A model generated the notes under the pieces. It was not told where the DNA came from. It searched no databases and was given only the letters and a program-made list of their open reading frames with translations. Shown here piece after piece: positions 13,789 through 22,125 of a DNA stretch of 64,000 nt (its first letter is position 1; every line of letters starts with the position of its first letter). A program made the position numbers and the translations under genes. The stretch comes from Lysobacterales bacterium (GTDB lineage Bacteria; Pseudomonadota; Gammaproteobacteria; Xanthomonadales; BPKI01): the NCBI GenBank assembly GCA_026005055.1, contig BPKI01000001.1, positions 1,939,290-2,003,289 of the forward strand. The letters run 5' to 3'.

Positions 13789-15822
13789 ATGCGTGAGCGG
13801 AACTTCCGCCACCTTGTCCTGATGATGCTCTTCCTCGCCGGCTGCTCCGGCGAGGGCAATGCCCCGCCTGCGGTCGGGGTCGCACCTGCGCCTTCCGGGG
13901 CGGGAAGCCAGGGGTGCACCGGAAGCTGCGCCAGCGCCCAAAGCTTTCTCTCCCCTCCCGAGGTGGAGCGCATTCTCGCGCAAGCGGCGCAAGAGGCGCA
14001 GGCGCGCAACCGTCCGGCGGTGATCGCCGTCGTAGATCGTGTGGGCAACGTCCTTGCGGTCTATCGCATGAACGGAGCGCCCGCCACCATGCGCATCGTC
14101 TCCGGGCGGCCGGTGCGAGGGGGGCTTGAGGAGCTGATCGTTCCTTCGGAGCTCGCCGCCATCGCCAAAGCGATCACCGGCGCATTCCTGTCCTCGGAGG
14201 GCAACGCCTTTTCCACCCGCACCGCCGGCCAGATCGTCCAGGAGCACTTCAATCCCGGCGAGAGCGGCCAGCCGGGCGGGCCGCTGTTTGGGGTGCAGTT
14301 CAGCCAGCTCCCCTGCTCGGATGTCAACACGCGATTCGATGGTGCTTCCGTGAGGCCCGGACCTCACCGCTCGCCGCTTGGACTCTCGGCCGATCCCGGC
14401 GGCTTTCCGCTCTACAAGGGCGGGACGCCCGTCGGGGGCATCGGGGTCGCGGCCGACGGGCTTTATACCCTCGATCCCGATGTGAGCGACCGCGACCTCG
14501 ATGTCGATGAGCTCATCGCGCTCGCAGGGACTTTCGGCTTCGCCGCCCCGCCCGAGCGGCGCGCCGAGCGCATCACCGTCGAAGGCAAGACGCTGCGCTT
14601 CAGCGACGCCGATTTCGCCGACCTGCGCAGCGATCCTGCGCGGGTACCGGCCTTGGGCGCTACGGCCGGACAGATCCTCGCCGTAGCCGGCTACGCCCCC
14701 GCGGCCATCCGGGCAGGCACGGCCTTCGGCACACCAGCCTCAGGCATTCGCCCCGATCGGCTGGACTACCCGGGCCTCGATGCTTTCGTCTTGGTCGATG
14801 GCAGCGATTCCGAGCGCTTCCGCCCGCGAGCCGCCCACGATGGCGCAGGCGCCCTGAGCGAAAACGAAGTGCGCACCATCATGCAGCGGGCACTGGCTCT
14901 CGCTAACCGCATGCGCGCGCAGATCCGCCAGCCCTTGGGCAGTCAGGCGCGGGTGAGCATTGCCATCGTCGATCGCGAGGGCGCGATCCTCGCTTTGGCC
15001 CGCACCCGTGATGCGCCAGTTTTCGGACTCGATGTATCGGTCCAGAAAGCCCGCGCTGCCGCCTTCTATTCGAGCGCGGCTGCCGCCAGCGTGCTCGCCT
15101 CGCTGCCGCGCACCAGTTATTTCCGGATCGCCCTCGAGCCGGGACGAGCGGTTCTATCGGTGAGCGAGGAGCGCGAGCCGCAAGCGCTGATCCCGGCCCT
15201 GCGCGGCTTCCTCGCCCGTCCTCAGGCTCTGTCCGATGGCGCCATCGCCTTCTCCGCGCGGGCGATCGGCAATCTGGCGCGGCCCTTCTACCCCGACGGA
15301 GTTCGCGGCGCCTCGGCCGGACCTTTCAGCCGACCCTTCGAGCAATGGAGCCCCTTCCACGTCGGAACCCAACTCGACTTGGTGTATCCGGCGGTGGCTT
15401 TGCACCTTGCCCATGTGCTCAATCAGTCGGGGCTTGCGATCTTCCTGGGCACGACGCTGATCGCCCCCGCGCCCTCATCGGACAATCCGGTGCCTTTGCC
15501 CGATCCGCCGCCGGGCAGTTGTACTGCCACGCCGCGACTCGCCAACGGCCATCAGATTTTCCCGGGTGCCGTCCCGATCTATCGCGGGAATACCCTGATT
15601 GGGGCGGTGGGGGTTTCCGGTGATGGGATCGATCAGGACGATCTCGTGGCCTTTCTCGCCGTGCACGAAGCAGGACAAGCGCTGGGCGGGGGACTTGGCC
15701 ATGCGCCGCGCGAGCTTCGCGCCGATCAGCTCGCGCCGCAGGGCGTGCGCCTGCGCTACGTGCAGTGTCCCACCACCCCCTTCCTCGATTCCTCTGCTCA
15801 GAACGTCTGCGAGGGGTTGTGA
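13789..15822 (+). CDS. Lipoprotein with two GlcG/DUF336 (haem-binding/haem-degrading-like) domains
   Basis: A lipobox is present (MRERNFRHLVLMMLFLAGC). There are two DUF336-like cores: RNRPAVIAVVDRVGNVLAVYRMNGA plus GGIGVAADG, and SIAIVDREGAILALARTRDAP plus GAVGVSGDGIDQDD. The start could instead be 13774. Confidence 0.8.
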   Translation: MRERNFRHLVLMMLFLAGCSGEGNAPPAVGVAPAPSGAGSQGCTGSCASAQSFLSPPEVERILAQAAQEAQARNRPAVIAVVDRVGNVLAVYRMNGAPATMRIVSGRPVRGGLEELIVPSELAAIAKAITGAFLSSEGNAFSTRTAGQIVQEHFNPGESGQPGGPLFGVQFSQLPCSDVNTRFDGASVRPGPHRSPLGLSADPGGFPLYKGGTPVGGIGVAADGLYTLDPDVSDRDLDVDELIALAGTFGFAAPPERRAERITVEGKTLRFSDADFADLRSDPARVPALGATAGQILAVAGYAPAAIRAGTAFGTPASGIRPDRLDYPGLDAFVLVDGSDSERFRPRAAHDGAGALSENEVRTIMQRALALANRMRAQIRQPLGSQARVSIAIVDREGAILALARTRDAPVFGLDVSVQKARAAAFYSSAAAASVLASLPRTSYFRIALEPGRAVLSVSEEREPQALIPALRGFLARPQALSDGAIAFSARAIGNLARPFYPDGVRGASAGPFSRPFEQWSPFHVGTQLDLVYPAVALHLAHVLNQSGLAIFLGTTLIAPAPSSDNPVPLPDPPPGSCTATPRLANGHQIFPGAVPIYRGNTLIGAVGVSGDGIDQDDLVAFLAVHEAGQALGGGLGHAPRELRADQLAPQGVRLRYVQCPTTPFLDSSAQNVCEGL

Positions 15823-17597
15823 TGAAGAAACGCAGCATCCTCCCCTTGGCCTTGCTGATGCTTCCGACCGCCTGGGCCGCCGAGCCGGCCTGGTTCGCAT
15901 GGCCCGCGCTGCTGCCGGCAGCCGATATTCCGCCAGCGCAAGTGCCCCGGCGCCGACCGGGACGACCGCCGCCCTCGCCGCCGGAAACGGCAGGCGAGAT
16001 CAATTTAGGAGCGATCACGCCCGCTCCGGTCGATGCCGTCGGCGAATTCGTGCCCGTCCCCGATCGGTGGCGGCTGATGGAGGCACTGGGCTTCCAGTTT
16101 CCCTGGTACGACCCCTACAACCAGAACGTCCTCAAGGCGGACAAGCCGATCCGCGAGGACTGGTTCCTGAACCTCCTTGGCATCAGCGACACGATCATCG
16201 AGCCGCGCAGCTTGCCGACGCCGGTCGGGCCCCAAGGTTCGGCGCGGCCGGGGGCATACGATCCCTTCTCGCAGCCGCGGCAGCTCATCCTCGCCCAGAC
16301 CTTGATCGCGGGGCTCGTCTACTACAAGGGCAACACGACCTTCAAGCCGCCGGAATGGGAATACCGCATCACCCTCGCAGGGCAATTCAACCGCGTGCAG
16401 ACCCGCGAGCTTCGCACCACCCGCATCGACCCCCGCCGCGGGCGCAACCGGAGCGATGCGCATCTGGGCGTGCAGGAGCTTTTCGTGGACAAGCACCTCC
16501 GCGATGTCTCCGCGCGCTACGACTTCGATTCGATCCGCATCGGGATTCAGCCCTTTTCCAGCGATTTTCGGGGTTTCCTGTTCCAGGACAATCAGTTCGG
16601 GGTACGCCTCTTCGGCAACCGTGACAACAACAAGTGGCAGTACAACCTGGCTTGGTTCCGCCGCGTCGAGAAGGAGATCAACTCGGGCCTCAATGACGTC
16701 GGCGCCGGGCTGCGCGACGATGATGTGTTCATCGCCAACCTCTACCGACAGGATTGGCCGGTACTCGGCTTCTTCAGCCAGGCGACGATCGCCCACAACC
16801 GCAACCGCGAGGACGAATTCCTTTTCGATGACAACGGCTTCCTCGCGCGACCGGCGAGCCTCGGGGGCGAGCGGCCGCGCCGCTATCAGGTGACGTACCT
16901 CGGCCTCAACGGCGATGGCCACATCGGGCGGCTCAATCTCACCACGAGCGCCTACTATGCCCATGGCCGCTCTCGCCCGGGTAGCTTCGTCCCCTTCCCC
17001 ACTCGCATCCGCGCCGGTTTTCTCGCCGCCGAGGCCTCGCTCGATTTCTCCTGGATTAGGCTTCGCGGCTCGCTGGCCTATGCTACAGGCGATCGCAACG
17101 CCTACGACGACAAGAGCACCGGTTTCGATGCGATCTTCGAAAACCCGATCTTCGCCGGTGCCGACACGAGTTATTGGATCCGGCAGAACGTCCCCTTAGT
17201 GGCCGGTGGCGGCGTGACGCTTTCCGGGCGCAACGGCATGCTCAACAGCCTGCGCAGCTCCAAGGAGCTCGGCCAAAGCAACTTCGACAACCCGGGTCTG
17301 CGGCTCCTCGGCGTGGGCGGGGATTTCGACCTCGCCCCCGAACACCGCCTTTCCTTCAATCTCAACCACCTTTGGTTCGACCACACCGCCACGCTGGAGG
17401 CGCTTCGCCAGCAGGCACCGATCCCGCGTTCGATCGGTTTCGATGCCTCGCTCGCTTGGATCTGGCGGCCATTCATGACCCAGAACGTGGTCTTCAGGCT
17501 GTCCGCGGCGGGGCTTTTTCCCGGCCGCGGCTTCAAAGCGCTGTTCCCGGACGAGCGCCATTATTCCGTGCTCGCCAACTTGGTCCTGAGCTACTGA
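15822..17597 (+). CDS. Putative outer-membrane beta-barrel protein
   Basis: It has a signal peptide (MKKRSILPLALLMLPTAWAA), amphipathic alternating segments throughout, and a C-terminal beta-signal-like end (ANLVLSY, aromatic terminus). Its ATG overlaps the upstream stop (TGATG, 1-nt overlap). I cannot assign a specific family. Confidence 0.7.
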   Translation: MKKRSILPLALLMLPTAWAAEPAWFAWPALLPAADIPPAQVPRRRPGRPPPSPPETAGEINLGAITPAPVDAVGEFVPVPDRWRLMEALGFQFPWYDPYNQNVLKADKPIREDWFLNLLGISDTIIEPRSLPTPVGPQGSARPGAYDPFSQPRQLILAQTLIAGLVYYKGNTTFKPPEWEYRITLAGQFNRVQTRELRTTRIDPRRGRNRSDAHLGVQELFVDKHLRDVSARYDFDSIRIGIQPFSSDFRGFLFQDNQFGVRLFGNRDNNKWQYNLAWFRRVEKEINSGLNDVGAGLRDDDVFIANLYRQDWPVLGFFSQATIAHNRNREDEFLFDDNGFLARPASLGGERPRRYQVTYLGLNGDGHIGRLNLTTSAYYAHGRSRPGSFVPFPTRIRAGFLAAEASLDFSWIRLRGSLAYATGDRNAYDDKSTGFDAIFENPIFAGADTSYWIRQNVPLVAGGGVTLSGRNGMLNSLRSSKELGQSNFDNPGLRLLGVGGDFDLAPEHRLSFNLNHLWFDHTATLEALRQQAPIPRSIGFDASLAWIWRPFMTQNVVFRLSAAGLFPGRGFKALFPDERHYSVLANLVLSY

Positions 17598-17607
17598 GGG
17601 CGACGCG

Positions 17608-20600
17608 ATGAGTCCCCACACAAGTCGGACGCCTCGCCTGCTTCCGATCCTCGCCTTGATCCTCGCCCCGCCGCTCGCCCATGCCGCCGGCGAGGCCTAT
17701 CGCGCCGTCGAGCGGAGCTACCGCCCGCATCCCCCGGCACCCGCCGCCCAGACCTGGGCCGAGGCCGAGGCGAAAAGCCGCGGCTGCGAGAGCTGCCATG
17801 CTCCCGTCGATCGAAAGACCATGCACCTCAGCCAAGCGGTGGTCCTCGGCTGCACCGACTGCCATGGCGGAGACGCCTCGGTGTTCAAACCGCAAGGCAC
17901 CGCCTCCCTCGCCGATCGCGGCTATCGCGAGGCCATGGAGCGCGCCCATGTACTGCCGCGCTACCCCGAGCTTTTCTCCTCCTCGGCCAACCCGGAGCGC
18001 AGCTACACCTGGTGGCTCAAGGAGTCCCCCGAGTTCGTGCGTTTCGTCAATCCGGGCGATCTGCGGGTGGCGGATGAGGCCTGCGGGGCCTGCCATGGCG
18101 CCATCGTCAAAGCGCAGAAAGGCTCCCTGATGAGCACTTCGGCGATGCTCTGGGGCGGTGCCGCCTACAACAACGGCATCCTGCCCTACAAACGCTACAT
18201 CCTCGGGGAGGCCTATGACCGCGAAGGCCGTCCGGTGATCATCCACAATCCCATACCGGTGACGCCGGCGATGGAGAAGCGAGGCATCTTGCCCAAACTC
18301 CACCCCCTGCCGGCCTGGGAGGTGATTCCGCCTGCCGATGTGTTCCGCGTCTTCGAGCGCGGCGGCCGCAACATCGGCAATCTGTTCCCCGAAACCGGCC
18401 TACCCAACGCCCTCGGCCAGTTGCAGCGGCTCGAGGAGCCGGGCCGGCCCGACATCCGCCAGTCCAACCGCGGACCCGGGACCGGGAACCGGGTGGCGAT
18501 CCCGGTGCTCAACATCCACAAGACCCGGCTCAACGATCCGCACCTCTGGCTGATGGGCACGAACGACCAGCCCGGCGATTGGCGCCACTCCGGCTGCACC
18601 GCCTGCCATGTGGTCTATGCCAACGATCGCGATCCGCGCCATTCCGGGCCTTATGCGCCTTTCGGTCACTTCGGCACTGCCCAGCAGGCGGATCCCACGA
18701 TTCCCCGCGACCGCCCAGGCCACCCGCTCAAGCATCAGTTCACGCGCGCCATCCCGACCAGCCAGTGCATGGTCTGCCACATGCACCAGCCGAACATGTT
18801 CATGAACACCTACCTCGGCTACACGATGTGGGACTACGAGCCCGACGCCCCGCGCATGTGGCCGAAGGAGCAGCGCCATCCCGACCACGAGAGCGCGCGC
18901 AAGGTGCTCGATCGCAATCCGGAAGGGGCAAGCCCGAGAGGGCTTTGGGCCGATGTGGGTTTCCTCAGCCAGGTGGCCGAGAAGAACCCCACGATGCAGC
19001 ACACCCAGTTCGCCGACTACCACGGCCACGGCTGGAACTTTCGCGCCGTATTCAAGCGCGATCGCAAAGGCCATCTGCTCGATGCCGAAGGCCGGATCGT
19101 GCCCCACGACGATCCCCAACGTTTCGAGAAAGCGGTGCACATGTCGAGCATCCACGCCGACGTCGGGATGCATTGCGTGGACTGCCATTTCGCTCAGGAC
19201 ATGCACTCGAACGGCCACCTGGTCGGCGAGGTGATGGCGGGGATCGAGATCACCTGCAAGGATTGCCACGGTACGGTGGACGCCTACCCGAACCTTCGCA
19301 CCTCCGGCCCCATGGCCCCTCCGGCTGGTCGCAATCTCGCCTTGCTTCGCAATCCCGATGGCAAGCGTCGCTTCGAGTGGGTCGACGGCAAGCTGATCCA
19401 GCGCTCGGCGGTGATCCCTGGACTGGAATGGGAAATCAGCCTGCTCAAGGACACGGTGACGCCGGGCCATCCGGCGTACAACGTGAAAGCGGCACGAGCC
19501 AAGCTCATGGCCCGCGACACCAAAACGTTCCGCTTCGGCCTCGACGTCCCGCCGCAAGACCGCGCCCACCGCGACGAGGAGATGCTCTGCTACACCTGTC
19601 ACACCTCCTGGACCACCGCCTGCGCGGGCTGCCACCTGCCGATCGAGGCCAACTGGAAGACCGAGCGGCACCATTTCGAGGGAGGGGCGACGCGGAACTG
19701 GGCGAGCTACAACCCGCAGGTGGCGCGCGATGACATGTTCCAGCTCGGTCGCCACGGGGAAATCAAGAACGGTGCGATCGCGCCGGTGCGCTCTTCCTCC
19801 GCTCTGGTCCTCTCCTCCACCAACGCCAACCGCGAAAAGATCTACATCCAGCAACCGCCGATCTCGGCCGCGGGTTTCAGTTCCCAGGCTTTCGCGCCGC
19901 ATTACCCGCACACCGAGCGGCGCACGGAGACCAAGACCTGCAGCGATTGCCACCTCTCGGCCGCCAACGACAACAACGCGATCATGGCCCAGCTTTTGCT
20001 GCTCGGCACCCGCTTCGTCGATTTCCTCGGCTACATGGCGTATCTCGGCGGGGAGAGCGGCATCCATGCGGTGCGGGTCACGGAGTGGGAGGAGCCGCAG
20101 GCGGTGATCGGCTCGTGGCTCCATCGCTACGCCTATCCCGATTGGTTCAAAGCCCATGAGCAGCGCAGTCGCGAGCTTCAGGAGGCTTACCGGCACCAAA
20201 GTGGCGCGGTGGGATGCCTACAGCATCGCGGCGAGTATCTCTTTGTGGCCGAGGGACCGCGCGGGATGCGGGTCTATGACGTCGCGCAAGTGGCGAACAA
20301 GGGCTTCAGCCAGAGGATCATCACCGCCCCCTTCTCGCCCTTGGGCCATAACACTCACATCCCGAGCAAAAACGCGACCTGCGTGGCTTTGCCCACGAAT
20401 CAACCCATCCATCCAGCCCGCAACCAGGGCGAGCTGATGCGCGTGATCAATCAGGAGCAGCCCTTCCATCCGATTTATCACTACGCCTACATCACCGACG
20501 CGGAGGAAGGGTTGATCCTGACCGATGTCAACACCCTCGCCGACGGTGAGCCGCGCAATAACTTCCTCAGCCGAGCGCTCACCTGGAACCCCGACGGCTT

Positions 20601-21582
20601 ACTCGCAGGAGCGCGCCATCTCACCATTGCCGGGACCTGGTTCTATGTGGCCACACCGCGCGGCATCGTGGTCCTCGACATGGACGATCCGCTCAAGCCG
20701 CGCCACACCGCGACCATTCCCTTGCAAGATCCACGCGCTTCGGTGGTGCAGTTCCGCTACCTGTTCGCGACCACCGCGCGCGGGCTCGAGGTGGTGGATG
20801 TGACCCATCCTGAGCACCCTCGGATCGTGGTGGGCGCCTCAGTGCCGCTCAAGGACGCCCGCAAACTGCACGTCGCGCGAACCTATGCGTACATCGCAGC
20901 GGGTGCCCAGGGCCTCGTGATCGTGGATGTCGAACGGCCCGAGCAACCGCGTCTCGATCAGGTCTTCAACCCCGAAGGTGCCTTCGTCGATGCGAGCGAT
21001 GTCACCGTGGCCTCGACCAACGCGAGCCTCTTCGCCTATGTCGCCGACGGCCGCGGCGGGCTCAAGGTGGTGCAACTCATCTCGCCTGACACCCAGCCCG
21101 GCTTCTACGGGTTCAGCCCCGAGCCGAAACCTGAGCTCATCGCGCACTATCCGAGCCGCGACCCGCTGCGGGCGATCAGTCGGCCGCTCGAGCGCGACCG
21201 GGCGGTGGATGAGACGGGCCACCAGATCGCCGTGCTCGGCCGGATCGGCTCGCGGCCCTTCAACCTCGAGGAGATGCGTCGGCTTTATCTCGATGCCGAG
21301 GGGAATCCCTGGTTCGTGAGCGATGAAATCGAGGGTCCGCGCGGGATCGCGACGAAGCCGCTGCCCTATAAGCCCAATCGCATCCTCGCGCTCCAGCCTG
21401 ATGCCCCGCCTTTGCCCGCGCCTTTTGGATGGCCGAGCCCGAGAAGCCCCGAGCCTTCGACTGAAGCCGTTTCTCCTGCGATTACGCAACGCTTGGGCGA
21501 TACCGACACCAGGCCTCAGGCCTGTGACTCGACGAAGACCCACGCGGCCTGCGCGATGGAGCGACTCTCACCGCGAGAGTGA
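17608..21582 (+). CDS. Secreted decahaem c-type cytochrome fused to a C-terminal LVIVD-repeat beta-propeller-like domain
   Basis: It has a signal peptide (LLPILALILAPPLAHAAGE). Ten CxxCH motifs (CESCH, CTDCH, CGACH, CTACH, CMVCH, CVDCH, CKDCH, CYTCH, CAGCH, CSDCH) are spread over about 720 aa. LVIVD-type repeats follow (MRVYDV, GLILTDV, GIVVLDM, GLEVVDV, GLVIVDV, GLKVVQL). It starts 10 nt after the barrel gene. Confidence 0.85.
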   Translation: MSPHTSRTPRLLPILALILAPPLAHAAGEAYRAVERSYRPHPPAPAAQTWAEAEAKSRGCESCHAPVDRKTMHLSQAVVLGCTDCHGGDASVFKPQGTASLADRGYREAMERAHVLPRYPELFSSSANPERSYTWWLKESPEFVRFVNPGDLRVADEACGACHGAIVKAQKGSLMSTSAMLWGGAAYNNGILPYKRYILGEAYDREGRPVIIHNPIPVTPAMEKRGILPKLHPLPAWEVIPPADVFRVFERGGRNIGNLFPETGLPNALGQLQRLEEPGRPDIRQSNRGPGTGNRVAIPVLNIHKTRLNDPHLWLMGTNDQPGDWRHSGCTACHVVYANDRDPRHSGPYAPFGHFGTAQQADPTIPRDRPGHPLKHQFTRAIPTSQCMVCHMHQPNMFMNTYLGYTMWDYEPDAPRMWPKEQRHPDHESARKVLDRNPEGASPRGLWADVGFLSQVAEKNPTMQHTQFADYHGHGWNFRAVFKRDRKGHLLDAEGRIVPHDDPQRFEKAVHMSSIHADVGMHCVDCHFAQDMHSNGHLVGEVMAGIEITCKDCHGTVDAYPNLRTSGPMAPPAGRNLALLRNPDGKRRFEWVDGKLIQRSAVIPGLEWEISLLKDTVTPGHPAYNVKAARAKLMARDTKTFRFGLDVPPQDRAHRDEEMLCYTCHTSWTTACAGCHLPIEANWKTERHHFEGGATRNWASYNPQVARDDMFQLGRHGEIKNGAIAPVRSSSALVLSSTNANREKIYIQQPPISAAGFSSQAFAPHYPHTERRTETKTCSDCHLSAANDNNAIMAQLLLLGTRFVDFLGYMAYLGGESGIHAVRVTEWEEPQAVIGSWLHRYAYPDWFKAHEQRSRELQEAYRHQSGAVGCLQHRGEYLFVAEGPRGMRVYDVAQVANKGFSQRIITAPFSPLGHNTHIPSKNATCVALPTNQPIHPARNQGELMRVINQEQPFHPIYHYAYITDAEEGLILTDVNTLADGEPRNNFLSRALTWNPDGLLAGARHLTIAGTWFYVATPRGIVVLDMDDPLKPRHTATIPLQDPRASVVQFRYLFATTARGLEVVDVTHPEHPRIVVGASVPLKDARKLHVARTYAYIAAGAQGLVIVDVERPEQPRLDQVFNPEGAFVDASDVTVASTNASLFAYVADGRGGLKVVQLISPDTQPGFYGFSPEPKPELIAHYPSRDPLRAISRPLERDRAVDETGHQIAVLGRIGSRPFNLEEMRRLYLDAEGNPWFVSDEIEGPRGIATKPLPYKPNRILALQPDAPPLPAPFGWPSPRSPEPSTEAVSPAITQRLGDTDTRPQACDSTKTHAACAMERLSPRE

Positions 21583-22125
21583 GCGCCGGCTTAGCGCTTC
21601 TCGGGACCTGGCACTCAGGCCTCGTTCGCGCCGGCAATCGATGCCTCCCCGTCGCCTCTCGGACCGGCGAGCGCACCATGCCAATGCACGGCGAATCCCG
21701 ATCGGCCCTGTCTCCTCCTCGCGCGGCCGGTCCTCGCGCCCCCTCCTCGCCCCTCGCCGAAGCCGTGGCGAGCGCGGATGATCCATCCAGGGTGGAAACG
21801 GATTGCGGCTCGTGACCGCGGACGCTTCGACGGAGGCCTTCGACGCCAAGGTCCGCTTCGTTCGAGGCCGCCGTTGAGCCTTCGCGGCCACCGCCGCGTA
21901 CTCCGCCGTTCCCAGGCGGGATGGCCAAGCTTCGAACGCCAAGCCTCGAATGGCGAGCGTACTGACGACCGCCTGTCCGCTGAGCGCGCCTTTTGGCGTA
22001 GAGCCAACGGGCAAGATGCGCGAATCGGCTGCTAAGATAACGAGTCATCCTGGGGGGAATCTAGGTCCGACCGTCCCGGTCGGAAACGGCTCAGGGAACT
22101 TCTTCAAACCACGCTCGGGGTTTCA

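Noticed and set aside
22003-22085. A tmRNA-like impression: GCCAAC...GCTGCTAA resembling a tag reading frame, followed by GGGGGGAATCTAGGTCCGAC resembling a tmRNA 5' end.
   Set aside because: The element order is wrong, because the tag-like part precedes the 5'-end-like part. There is no tRNA-like 3' end (no T-arm or CCA). The putative tag ANGQDARIGC lacks the ALAA-type terminus, and the downstream sequence is the protease gene.
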